From Nitrosospira multiformis ATCC 25196 (GTDB lineage: Bacteria; Pseudomonadota; Gammaproteobacteria; Burkholderiales; Nitrosomonadaceae): a stretch of 32,000 nucleotides of DNA. The position numbers and the translations under genes were made by a program. Each line of letters opens with the position of its first letter. Within the stretch, counting starts at the first letter, position 1. Location of the stretch: contig NC_007614.1 of the NCBI RefSeq assembly GCF_000196355.1, positions 1,710,001 through 1,742,000 on the forward strand, read 5' to 3'. The notes under the pieces are model-generated. The model was not told where the DNA came from. It did no database searches and saw only the letters and a program-made list of their open reading frames with translations. Shown here piece after piece: positions 1 to 9,531 of the stretch.

Positions 1-1
1 T

Positions 2-472
2 AATACTTTTTCCGGCGAGCGAATCGGCGCCATTGGTGTCTCGCTTGGTGCAGCCGCGATTGTACTCGCGAAAAATCCACCGCGGCTCGATGCCGTGGTG
101 CTTGAATCCCTCCATCCCACCATCGATGAAGCAGTGGACAACCGCCTCAGACTTCACCTTGGAAGCTTCGGTCCGGTTTTCTCCCCCTTGCTGCTATGGC
201 AGCTCTCCTTTCGTCTCGATGTAAATCCCGACGAATTGAATCCCATCGACCGCATCGGTAATCTCAACTCGCCCCTTCTGTTGATTTCAGGAACTGACGA
301 TCGGCATACGACAGTAGCAGAAACCGAAAGGCTGTTTGCTGCTGCCCGTCAGCCAAAAGAATTATGGATCGTTCCGGGTGGAGGGCATTTCAATATGCAC
401 ACCTACGCAGGCAGGGAATACGAGAATCGCATACTGGATTTTCTGGAACGGTATTTGCCCAGGCGAAACTGA
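2..472 (+). CDS. Alpha/beta hydrolase family protein, 5' end truncated by window edge
   Basis: The open frame runs from base 2 (NTFSGERIGAIGVSLGAAAIVLAKNPPRLDAVVLESLHPTIDEA...) to the stop at 472. GVSLGAA fits a GxSxG nucleophile elbow; LLLISGTDDRHT and PGGGHFNMH fit the Asp and His regions. Confidence 0.85.
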   Translation, partial: NTFSGERIGAIGVSLGAAAIVLAKNPPRLDAVVLESLHPTIDEAVDNRLRLHLGSFGPVFSPLLLWQLSFRLDVNPDELNPIDRIGNLNSPLLLISGTDDRHTTVAETERLFAAARQPKELWIVPGGGHFNMHTYAGREYENRILDFLERYLPRRN

Positions 473-597
473 TGCACTGATCTGACTGTTAATTGTGCGA
501 TCGCCTCTTGTCGCCCGTAGCAGATGACTTTAGCGATAAAGCGATAAGGAAAAGTCCCCATTGCCCGCAAAGAAACTTGCGGCGCCGGCAGCAGTTT

Positions 598-1638
598 TTA
601 GAATGGAGTCAGGAAAGACACGCCGCTCGCCCCCACAGCGGAGCCATTTTGAAGTCGATGTGCAAAAAGATTCCCTCGCGCTTCCCTGTCGTCACCCATT
701 ACGCGCGCAACCCTGCTCTTATGGAAGCTCGCGAGTTGTTTCCGGAACGGGATAACAAACGGCAGCCGGCTCTCGTACTGCGCCCCATACAGCGCTCCAT
801 GCAGCTTCGGCAACTCGTGCCAGGGCGCGGTGGGCCGGCTGTGATGGGCGTTATGATAGCCAAAATTCAGAGTAATGAGATTCAACCATGGATGTCTGGT
901 CGAAACCGGATTGCTGAATGTGTGGGCCTGCTCATAATCCCGGTCACCCCGGGATCTTACCAATTCCGCATCATTATCGAACCCTATAATGATGTCATAA
1001 TTATGCTGAAGCGCATCCATGAAACGCAGGATTGTCAGAAACATGATATGGGCGATCAGGTAACACAGATAGGCAAGTGGAGAATGCACGAATAGCATCA
1101 CAAGCAAGCTGAATCGGACAAGAATGATTCGGGCTGTGCGAAGCCGTTGATCTTTCTTCTCCCTGAAGATGAAGGGTGCAAAAATGAGCACGCCGTGCAT
1201 CAGAAGCTCTATAGCGGGCACATAAAGCCACTCCAGCGCTTCCATCAATTTACGTTGGATGGGATGGCGGACAAGATAACCTCTATAGTCGAACTCAACC
1301 ACATCTGCATTATCGACATGATGCCGCATATGCTTTTCCCGCAAATCCTTGAAAGTGCCATAGCACCCTCCGGTCAACCAGTTCAGCATGCTACCCAGCA
1401 GCGCATTATGCCGCGATGATTTGAACAGCGTATTGTGTCCACACTCGTGAATCAGGTACGAGGCAATTACCATACCGTGGGCCAAAGCAAATGTGCCGAT
1501 TACCATAAGAACCGGGTGCAGGGACAGGATAAGTCCGAGTCCTCCCAGATAGCTCAAATGACAATAAAGCAAGGCAGAAACGTTCGGAAGCAAGCTCCCT
1601 TTACAGCGAAAGTACGTTTCTTCGATTTTCGTGAGCAT
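598..1638 (-). CDS. Fatty acid desaturase family membrane protein
   Basis: 346 aa with histidine boxes HECGHN, HMRHH and HNAHH plus multiple hydrophobic segments. Confidence 0.88.
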   Translation of the reverse strand: MLTKIEETYFRCKGSLLPNVSALLYCHLSYLGGLGLILSLHPVLMVIGTFALAHGMVIASYLIHECGHNTLFKSSRHNALLGSMLNWLTGGCYGTFKDLREKHMRHHVDNADVVEFDYRGYLVRHPIQRKLMEALEWLYVPAIELLMHGVLIFAPFIFREKKDQRLRTARIILVRFSLLVMLFVHSPLAYLCYLIAHIMFLTILRFMDALQHNYDIIIGFDNDAELVRSRGDRDYEQAHTFSNPVSTRHPWLNLITLNFGYHNAHHSRPTAPWHELPKLHGALYGAQYESRLPFVIPFRKQLASFHKSRVARVMGDDREARGNLFAHRLQNGSAVGASGVSFLTPF

Positions 1639-1699
1639 GGTTTATAACTCTCAACAGTTATGCCTTCGCGTCTCCGCCGGCCGAAAACAAGCCGCCCAT

Positions 1700-1755
1700 A
1701 GAGAACATGTCGAATCTAATACGTCAATTATACATGTAAAAATACATGTATATGT
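1700..1755. promoter_or_regulatory. Candidate operator region with three ACATGT palindromic cores
   Basis: ACATGT occurs at 1705-1710, 1732-1737 and 1744-1749. The last is the perfect 10-bp palindrome ATACATGTAT at 1742-1751. The region lies between divergent genes, and a TATAAT sits at 1771-1776. Confidence 0.45.
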
Positions 1756-1820
1756 GTACTATTTTGCCGCTATAATCAAGCCCATGGTTCTAAAGCAAAG
1801 GAAAGAAAGAGAAAGTAAAA

Positions 1821-2219
1821 ATGACCGGACTTTATAAGCAGTCAAACGCCCGGCGACGCCAGTTCGTTCAGCTGCTGACGGATCTCGACGAGTACTGGAT
1901 AGAGGTTCTGGGGAACAAGCTTTTTCACGACTTGAACTACTACGACCTTTTCACCCAGATGTGGCTCAAGATTAACAGTTCGGAGGACGATACCTTCCGC
2001 AAATCCGAGTTATATAAGCTGATGCCGCACATCAGCCAGCGGACAGCAATCAAATATATCCAGACAGCCATTGATCACGGTTTGCTCATCGAACGCATGG
2101 CCCCCCACGATCAGCGATCCCGGCAAATCACGATGTCAACCGATCTCAAGCGAAAAATCGAACTTTTCCTGGACCACTCCATCTCGATGCTTCAGGAGGC
2201 CTCCTGGAAGGCTGGTTGA
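1821..2219 (+). CDS. MarR/winged-helix-like transcriptional regulator
   Basis: 132 aa. The region FRKSELYKLMPHISQRTAIKYIQTAIDHGLLIERMAPHDQRSRQITMSTDLKRKIE reads as a recognition helix plus wing, with a purine-rich region upstream of the ATG. Confidence 0.65.
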   Translation: MTGLYKQSNARRRQFVQLLTDLDEYWIEVLGNKLFHDLNYYDLFTQMWLKINSSEDDTFRKSELYKLMPHISQRTAIKYIQTAIDHGLLIERMAPHDQRSRQITMSTDLKRKIELFLDHSISMLQEASWKAG

Positions 2220-2232
2220 ACTCACCGTAAAA

Positions 2233-3507
2233 TCAGGTGATTGCATCAAGCGCCTGGGCGATATCGCCGATGATGTCGTCAATATGCTCAATTCCGACCG
2301 ATATCCTCACGAGACCCGGTGAAACTCCCGCAGACTTTAATTCATCAGGGCTCAACTGTCTGTGAGTGGTTGATGCAGGATGACAGGCTAGCGATTTGGC
2401 ATCGCCGATATTGACCAGCCGCAGGATCATCTTCAGGGCATCGATAAACTCGCTGCCGGCCACCGCTCCACCCTTGATCTCAAAGCTCAACAGGCCGGAT
2501 GCTTTCCCTTTGCTGATCCTGTTGCACAGTTCATGATATTTACTGCTGGGCAAACCCGCGTAATTGACGCGCTCGACGACGGGATGCGCTTCCAGATACT
2601 GCGCCACCTTCAATGCATTCTCGCAGTGCCGCTCCATTCTCAAGCCCAGCGTTTCCAATCCCTGCAGTATCAAAAATGCGCTGTGGGGCGCGAGCGCTGC
2701 CCCCGTGTTGCGCAATGGCACAACCCGGCAGCGTCCGATAAAGGCCGCGGCTTCAAATGCTTCTGTATAAACAACGTCATGATATGAAGGATCAGGCTCG
2801 TTCAACAAGGGAAAGCGGTCCTTATGCTTTGCCCAGTCGAATTGTCCGGAATCGATAATCATTCCTCCGACTGTTGTACCATGTCCACCGATATATTTCG
2901 TCAGGGAATGCACGACAATATCCGCACCGAGCTTGAAAGGTTGACATAGATAGGGGGTGGAAACCGTACTGTCGACGATGAGGGGCACCCCGTGCCGATG
3001 AGCGATGTCAGCGATCTTCTCGATATCGATAACATTTCCCGAGGGATTTCCAATCGATTCACAAAATATTGCACGGGTCTTGGCATCTATACGTTGCTCA
3101 ATCCCATCGAAATCCTCATGTGAGGCCATGCGCACCTCGATCCCCTGTCTGGGGAAAGTATGCGCAAACAGATTGTACGTGCCGCCATACAGTTGGCTGG
3201 TGCTCACAATGTTGTCGCCGGCATTGGCGATGCACTGGATGGCGTAAGTGATTGCCGCCATACCTGAAGCAACTGCCAGCCCACCCACTCCGCCCTCCAT
3301 CTCTGCCAGACGCTGCTCCAGCACTGCATTGGTTGGATTCATTATCCGGGTATAAATATTTCCCGCCACCTTCAGGTCAAACAGGTCGGCCCCATGCTGC
3401 GTATTGTCAAATGTATAGGAAGTCGTCTGATAAATCGGTACTGCCGCGGCCTTCGTCGAAGCTTCTGATTTATATCCGTAATGCAATGCCAGAGATTCCA
3501 GTTTCAT
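2233..3507 (-). CDS. metY: O-acetylhomoserine aminocarboxypropyltransferase / sulfhydrylase (Cys/Met metabolism PLP-dependent enzyme)
   Basis: Full-length similarity to the Cys/Met PLP family: YQTTSYTFDNTQHGADLF, NPTNAVLEQRLAEMEGG, VHSLTKYIGGHGTTVGG (PLP lysine region), HPASTTHRQL. The track places the start at 3522; the internal ATG at 3507 (MKLESLALHYGY) looks more likely. Confidence 0.92.
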   Translation of the reverse strand: MKLESLALHYGYKSEASTKAAAVPIYQTTSYTFDNTQHGADLFDLKVAGNIYTRIMNPTNAVLEQRLAEMEGGVGGLAVASGMAAITYAIQCIANAGDNIVSTSQLYGGTYNLFAHTFPRQGIEVRMASHEDFDGIEQRIDAKTRAIFCESIGNPSGNVIDIEKIADIAHRHGVPLIVDSTVSTPYLCQPFKLGADIVVHSLTKYIGGHGTTVGGMIIDSGQFDWAKHKDRFPLLNEPDPSYHDVVYTEAFEAAAFIGRCRVVPLRNTGAALAPHSAFLILQGLETLGLRMERHCENALKVAQYLEAHPVVERVNYAGLPSSKYHELCNRISKGKASGLLSFEIKGGAVAGSEFIDALKMILRLVNIGDAKSLACHPASTTHRQLSPDELKSAGVSPGLVRISVGIEHIDDIIGDIAQALDAIT

Positions 3508-4198
3508 GCCATTTTCTTCCATAAAGATTTATCCCGACTACAATAAATATCTTCAAGCTTCCCATGACCTCGATGATCTCATAAAACGCCATGATCAGCA
3601 GCAGCATGAAGCTGCACAGGCAGCCATGGCTCGAAAACCGCCTGCAAACCCGAATATCCGAGCTCGCTGACTTTTTCCGGGATACGCTGGGGGCAGTGAT
3701 CAAGGGATTTAAACTGACAAAGCTGTTCACTGCCGGCACGACTGCACTCGCTGCCCTGCCGGGGGCGGGAATTTACTTTGGGTTGGGCATTGGCATGCCC
3801 TGGCTTGCCGCAGCCGTCGCCGCAGGGCTTCTCGCCGCATTGTTGGCCAGTCAATTACCCGTGCAATTACTCGTGCCGTTGCCGAGTCACCGATACAAAA
3901 AATCAGACTGCCGCATAAACCGCCAAAATGCTCTACAGAGTTCACAAGATCATCACCCAGTCGATCAGGTGGAATATTCCAACCCCACTGGTTTCGGGCA
4001 GCGCTGTGTGCCGTAGCGTACAGAAAAAGCCCTGGGAATCATTGATGCTAACGACCAATCTTCCGCAATCTTGTCGTTCCGGGGAGGGGGAACTTCTTAA
4101 AAGCCGCTGCCCATGCTCGAGGAATTCGGCACGGACCGGGTGATTCTTTGAACCGGCACTCCCGTAGCTTGAGAAAACTAAACAAAAAGGAATACGTG

Positions 4199-5698
4199 AT
4201 GAACACAACTTCTGTCTGGCGCGCCACAGGGCCTTCCGCCGGCTTCCCGATGTTGCAGGAAGAACTTACTACGGATGTCGTGATTGTGGGAGGCGGAATA
4301 ACCGGCGTATCCCTGGCCTTGAACTTGGCTGAGCAAGGCATCGGAGCGGTATTGCTGGAAGCACATGATTGTGATTTCGGCAGTACAGGAAATTCCACTG
4401 GCAACCTTTATGAAACTCTGAGCCGTGGTATTTATCCTATCGTCGAGCGATGGGACAAGGATGTTGCTCGTGCTGTCACCACTGCCCGACGCCAGGCAGT
4501 AGAGCAGATCGAGGAGCGGGTGCGAAAATACAATATTACCTGTGGGTTCCGGCGTTGCCCATTACACCGCTATGCTACCTCAGCAGGGGGAAAGGAGAGC
4601 GTGCAACAGGAATACGAAGGTTCGCTAATCGCGGGATTATCAGTGCGCCTGGAAGACAAGCTTCCGCATCCTTTTCCTGCTCCACATGGACGGGTGTTGA
4701 TTTTGGATAATCAGGCTCAGTTCCATCCGCAGGCTTATGTTCGCGAACTTGCGCAGCAGGCAGCAAAACAGGGGTGCCGCATCTTCGAAAATTCCATGGT
4801 CCTGGAAGTGGATGCGGATGAGCGTGTCGTACGTACCGCCAACGGTAAAGTAACTGCCAGGGAAATCGTGCTTGCGACTCACTCCCCCAAGGGTATTCAC
4901 CTGGTGCAGACCGAAATGGTGGTGAACCGGGAATACGGACTCGCCAGGCGCATCAGCAGGGATACATATCCCGCGGGAATCTTCTGGAGCAGCGGCCTGG
5001 AGAGGCTTTCGGTTCGGACTCTGGATGTCGAGGATGCGACATATCTCATCTGTGTCGGCGAAGAGCATAAAACCGGACAGCAGGATACCAGGACGAGCAT
5101 CGATCGGCTGGAAACGGCAGCAAGCGAATATCTTGGCATGAAGGAAATTGATTACCGCTGGTCAGCCCAGAATTATAGCGCTGCAGATGGTCTGCCATAC
5201 ATTGGCCGTGATGCAACGGGTTGCTTCGTCGCAACCGGATTTGAAACCGATGGCCTGACCTATGGAACGCTTGCGGCCTCACTCATTGCTGACCAGATTG
5301 CGGGCCGCGACAACGTCTTTGCCCCGCTTGTCAAGGCAAGCCGTTTTGAACCGGTAAAAGGCGTAAAGGGGATAGTCGAGGAAAACATCTCGGTAATGAA
5401 GTCGTTCATCAAGGACTACATCACGGATCGGGAGGCAATACCGTTGTCCCAACTCACACCAGGAAAAGCTGCGATAGTCAAATTCGAGAGCGAATCGCTT
5501 GCTGCTTACAGGGATGCCGAGGGTACATTATTTGCTGTTTCACCTGTATGCACCCATATGAAGTGCAGGGTACATTGGAATGCGGTGGAAAAAAGCTGGG
5601 ATTGCCCCTGCCACGGAAGCCGCTTCGCGCCTGATGGCGCAGTAATCGAGGGACCGGCCATCGAGCCGCTTCGAAGGCACGTTCTGCCGGGACACTGA
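4199..5698 (+). CDS. FAD-dependent oxidoreductase (DAO-like) with C-terminal Rieske [2Fe-2S] domain
   Basis: DVVIVGGGITGVSLALNLAEQG is the Rossmann FAD motif. C-terminal CTHMKCRVHWNAVEKSWDCPCHGSRF is the Rieske CxH...CxxH pair. The start is probably the ATG at 4199 rather than 4148. Confidence 0.92.
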   Translation: MNTTSVWRATGPSAGFPMLQEELTTDVVIVGGGITGVSLALNLAEQGIGAVLLEAHDCDFGSTGNSTGNLYETLSRGIYPIVERWDKDVARAVTTARRQAVEQIEERVRKYNITCGFRRCPLHRYATSAGGKESVQQEYEGSLIAGLSVRLEDKLPHPFPAPHGRVLILDNQAQFHPQAYVRELAQQAAKQGCRIFENSMVLEVDADERVVRTANGKVTAREIVLATHSPKGIHLVQTEMVVNREYGLARRISRDTYPAGIFWSSGLERLSVRTLDVEDATYLICVGEEHKTGQQDTRTSIDRLETAASEYLGMKEIDYRWSAQNYSAADGLPYIGRDATGCFVATGFETDGLTYGTLAASLIADQIAGRDNVFAPLVKASRFEPVKGVKGIVEENISVMKSFIKDYITDREAIPLSQLTPGKAAIVKFESESLAAYRDAEGTLFAVSPVCTHMKCRVHWNAVEKSWDCPCHGSRFAPDGAVIEGPAIEPLRRHVLPGH

Positions 5699-5879
5699 AC
5701 GAAACTAAGCGAAATCAGAAGAAACAAGCCGATTTCGTCCATCTGGCACGGAAAACTCTCCGCGCGTTCTCTCTGCTGGTCTGGTTTGTTTTTATTCCAG
5801 GTTGTCGGGCTGACGGACATCGTCGGTTTTGTCCAGCTTGTTTTAGACTCACCGATATTTACCGCAATTTCTCCAGATA

Positions 5880-6593
5880 TCACAATAGTCCGGCAAGCAA
5901 CCGGGAGTCGATTTTCCCTATCTCCGGTTTTTGTCGGGCACAGCCTGACATGAAATACCTGTGCGTTCTTTCTCCGGATAAAACAACGGCCGGGAAACTC
6001 ATCCATGTGAGCTCTCCACTTTGCTGCATCTCCAGCAGTGCCTGCAAAATCATCTGTTCCAGTACTTTTCCGAAGGCTTGGTCCTGAGGAAAACTCGGTA
6101 CATCTTCCGGTATGCTCATATTGCCGATCGCGGTATGGACGGCCTGTTTTATTCCTGTCCGGCTGATCGTCCCCTCCTTGGTCGTGATGAACATGGATAA
6201 TTCATATGCATCAGTAATGGTCCTGCCAATCACCCACAGCGGGTACCTGGTGCGCGCGGCCTCCGATGCCACCGTCCCGCTATCAGCGATGTTGTTCAAG
6301 ATTACTCTGACCTCCCCCTCCGCCCGATCAATCACCGGCACCACTACCCGCGTATCCCCGAGTATTGCATTTGCATAATCCTTCAGGGGAATATCGCCTT
6401 CGGGAAAGTGTTCGCCATTGCGCTGAAATTCGACGCTGAGCTTCAACCGAAGCGGCACATTTCGCTCCGCGATGTCCCTATAAGCAACTCTGGGAAAAGA
6501 CGCACCCAGAAAAGACTTTTTTGGCGAATTACAGCCAGCCAGTGCAAAAGAGGCAATAACAGAGCCAAGTACTATTCTACGGCTGATATTCAT
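5880..6593 (-). CDS. Putative lipoprotein of unknown function
   Basis: 237 aa, N-terminus MNISRRIVLGSVIASFALAGCNSP with signal sequence and LAGC lipobox. Confidence 0.7.
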   Translation of the reverse strand: MNISRRIVLGSVIASFALAGCNSPKKSFLGASFPRVAYRDIAERNVPLRLKLSVEFQRNGEHFPEGDIPLKDYANAILGDTRVVVPVIDRAEGEVRVILNNIADSGTVASEAARTRYPLWVIGRTITDAYELSMFITTKEGTISRTGIKQAVHTAIGNMSIPEDVPSFPQDQAFGKVLEQMILQALLEMQQSGELTWMSFPAVVLSGERTHRYFMSGCARQKPEIGKIDSRLLAGLL

Positions 6594-6740
6594 AGAAAAC
6601 TCCAGAAGGGGGCTGCGTTTGGCTCCTCGCCAGACAACGGGACCAATAGTAAGAATAGCAAGCAGGGAGAATAATGCGTTATCCTTTATGCTGCAACCCG
6701 CCCCACCTCAGGTTTCCTACACATCAATCGTCGCGAATAA

Positions 6741-7823
6741 GTGAATACCGAAGCAACGCCCCATTGTGCAGCACTCGGGTTCGACAAAGACCGAATCCGG
6801 CAGGCACTTTCCTTGCTGGGACTGGCTGCGGATCACAAAGAAGAAGCGGCGGCAATCAACCTGCTCACCGAATTCATCGCTGAAAGAGTCGATAAAATAA
6901 TCAATTCCTGCCTTGCCGTAATTGCGGGCAGCGATGACTTTGAATTGATCGAGAGGAACATCGGTACCGAAGCCTTCAGGCAGAAATGGAAATATCGCTT
7001 GCGATCCTTTGGTAAAAATTTTGCTACTCCAGGTTATTTTGAAGAGCGGCTGGCGCTGGCTGCTGCTTTCGCGCATGCAAATATCCCTTTGGGAGCCTTG
7101 CAGCTTCCTTCTTTTCTCATACAGCAGTCCTTGATAGACAATCTGTTGGACAAGTCCGATTTTAATGCCGATAAAACCAGAATACTCCTATGCACTATCC
7201 TGAAACTCACTGCACTTGACTTGTACATTGCCGCCGAAGGTTATCACCTTCCGGAACTCAATGAGCTGGAAGAAAAGCTGGACAAGCTGCGGGCGGAAGC
7301 ATCGCGCTTGCAGGAAAGAACCTGGACCGACGAGCTGACAGGTGTAATGAACTACAGAAAGCTCATGGAGTCTCTCGAACACCATGTCCAACGAGCGGAG
7401 CGTAGAGGCCAAGAACGCAGCTCTTTGTGCCTCATCATGTCGGATCTCGATTTCTTCAAGAAAATCAACGACACCTACGGCCATATGGTCGGCGATCTGG
7501 TGCTACAGCATTTGGCGAGGCGTATAAAATCCGCAACACGCGACTTCGACATGATCGGCCGGTTCGGCGGGGAGGAGTTCGTCGTTATTATGGCGGACAC
7601 CGATCTCGAATTGGCAAAGGTAATTGCCGAGCGCATACGCCTGGGAGTCATGAGCACGCCATTTCATATAAAAAAATTTAACATCCACGTTACCATCAGC
7701 TTGGGCGTAGCAATGCTTAAACCTGGGGAATCCAGAGAATCACTGCTTGAGCGGGCAGATGCGGCAATGTATGAGGCGAAAAGAAGAGGCCGGAATTGCG
7801 TGGTGACTACCAAGGAAATGTAG
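6741..7823 (+). CDS. GGDEF-domain diguanylate cyclase with helical N-terminal sensor region
   Basis: 360 aa, GTG start. TWTDELTGVMNYRKL and DMIGRFGGEEFVVIMADT (GGEEF) are diguanylate cyclase hallmarks. Confidence 0.92.
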   Translation: MNTEATPHCAALGFDKDRIRQALSLLGLAADHKEEAAAINLLTEFIAERVDKIINSCLAVIAGSDDFELIERNIGTEAFRQKWKYRLRSFGKNFATPGYFEERLALAAAFAHANIPLGALQLPSFLIQQSLIDNLLDKSDFNADKTRILLCTILKLTALDLYIAAEGYHLPELNELEEKLDKLRAEASRLQERTWTDELTGVMNYRKLMESLEHHVQRAERRGQERSSLCLIMSDLDFFKKINDTYGHMVGDLVLQHLARRIKSATRDFDMIGRFGGEEFVVIMADTDLELAKVIAERIRLGVMSTPFHIKKFNIHVTISLGVAMLKPGESRESLLERADAAMYEAKRRGRNCVVTTKEM

Positions 7824-7993
7824 GGGTCCAACAATCATCCGTTCATATTACTGTCCGAACAACACGCGCCCCTCTGATACCCAGGCAATAGCACAGCGAG
7901 AAGTGAGGGACGATGGGGCTACAAGCGTGGCAAAACAAGATCGCTTCGCTGATTTCCGGCACCTCCGGTCGGAACCGACTGGTTTGGGCTTTG

Positions 7994-9505
7994 CTAGGGA
8001 ACAGGTGAGTCCGGATTGAAAAAAATTTCCTCCATCCCCGTCAATTCACCTTCTTCCTCTGCATTCCACCACCCGCCTCCCAAGGCGACAAATAGTCCCG
8101 AAGTATCCTGGAAGCGCTGGCCCAAAGTCCCGATGTAGCCGAGCTTGGCCTGGAGATATTGACTGTTCGTGATCAGTACTTGCAGGTCATTGACGAGGCC
8201 CGCCTGATGATTGATCCGGACGAGGCGCAATGCTTCGCTGGCTGAATCGAGGTGCTGCAGTTGACTCTGAAGCGTTTCCGCATCGTGCTCGAGTGCAAGA
8301 AGCAGGTCCGCTATCTGGCCGAGGGCGTTCAGAGCGGTCTGGCGATAATTGGCAAGCGCCTGGTCGTACGCGTCAATGGCGGCCTTTCGCTGCTGCCATA
8401 ACGTGCCGCCATGGAATATCGGGGCGACAAAGGCGGCTCCTGCACTCCAGAAGTTTCCACTGCTCATGAAAACATCCGCGAGGTTCCGGGCGTTTTGTCC
8501 ATAGGTGCCGCTCAACGTGAAGCTTGGAAGCATATTGGCGGTCGCGACGCCTATGTTCGCCGTAAATTGATGAACCTGGGCTTCGGCAGCGAGAATGTCA
8601 GGGCGCTGGCGCACGAGCGTGGAAGGCAGTGTAACAGGCAGATCTTTGGGCAATGAAAGATCGGCGAGGCTGATCTGGGCCGTCAGCCCCTCCCCTGGCG
8701 CGTAATTCATCAGCGTGTCGAGCAAATGCTCCGCCTGGCCGCGCCCCTGCTCCAGCGCCGGAAGTGTGGCTTCAAGAGATGCGAGCTGCGTTTGCAGGGT
8801 GACTCCACTGATGTATGGAACTGTTCCAGCCCGGATTTGCGCGTGGGTGATCTCGATTTGCTCCCGCTGCAGCGCGATAAGCTCTTTTGTTGCCTCGATC
8901 TGCGCGTCGTATGCCGCCCTGGCAATCACAGTATTGACAATATTGCCGGTTAGCGTGAGGTAAGTGGCCAATACCGTATAGCGCTGAAAATCCCTTTGTG
9001 CCCTGAGACTCTCCACGGCGCGCCGCTGGCCGCCGAATACATCGAGCGCATAGGTAACCGTCGTCGACAATGTGAACAAGTTGAATGTTGCACTGGTACT
9101 GCCCCCAAAGCGCGCTGCCGAGAACCGCTGCCGGACGGCCGAACCCGCAGCGTCCGCCTGGGGGAAAAATACGCCATAACCAGCGAGAAGATTATGCTGG
9201 CTTTGCCGCAATGCCGCCTGCGCTGCCCTGAGACTCTGGTTGTTGTTGATCCCCTCCGTGACGAGCGTATTCAACTTGGGCGATTTGAACAACCGCCACC
9301 AGTCAGCTATGAGGTCAGCTCCTGCATCAAAATATTGAGCCTGATCCTTTACAGGAATTGCTCCTTCCAACGACTCCCCGGGCAAGTAACGCGCTGTCTC
9401 GGGTGGATTCGGCCGTACAAAATCGGGCCCCACCATACAGCCGCCCAGTACCAGCATCAAGCCGGCATAAATTCCGCCTCTTATAGGGCCCAGCGCATTC
9501 ATCAT
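7994..9505 (-). CDS. Efflux outer membrane lipoprotein, NodT/TolC-like OMF family
   Basis: 503 aa; lipobox LVLGGCMVGPDFVRP and OMF repeats (LYALDVFGG-like TYALDVFGGQRRAVESLRAQ; RQRPDILAAEAQVHQFTANIGVATANMLPSFTLSG). Confidence 0.92.
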   Translation of the reverse strand: MMNALGPIRGGIYAGLMLVLGGCMVGPDFVRPNPPETARYLPGESLEGAIPVKDQAQYFDAGADLIADWWRLFKSPKLNTLVTEGINNNQSLRAAQAALRQSQHNLLAGYGVFFPQADAAGSAVRQRFSAARFGGSTSATFNLFTLSTTVTYALDVFGGQRRAVESLRAQRDFQRYTVLATYLTLTGNIVNTVIARAAYDAQIEATKELIALQREQIEITHAQIRAGTVPYISGVTLQTQLASLEATLPALEQGRGQAEHLLDTLMNYAPGEGLTAQISLADLSLPKDLPVTLPSTLVRQRPDILAAEAQVHQFTANIGVATANMLPSFTLSGTYGQNARNLADVFMSSGNFWSAGAAFVAPIFHGGTLWQQRKAAIDAYDQALANYRQTALNALGQIADLLLALEHDAETLQSQLQHLDSASEALRLVRINHQAGLVNDLQVLITNSQYLQAKLGYIGTLGQRFQDTSGLFVALGGGWWNAEEEGELTGMEEIFFNPDSPVP

Positions 9506-9531
9506 GTCCGCCTTCGGTTTGATGCTGCTGA

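Noticed and set aside
493-1095. 200-aa ORF on + strand
   Set aside because: Antisense to the desaturase with its conserved histidine boxes; Pro/Arg-rich translation with no motif.
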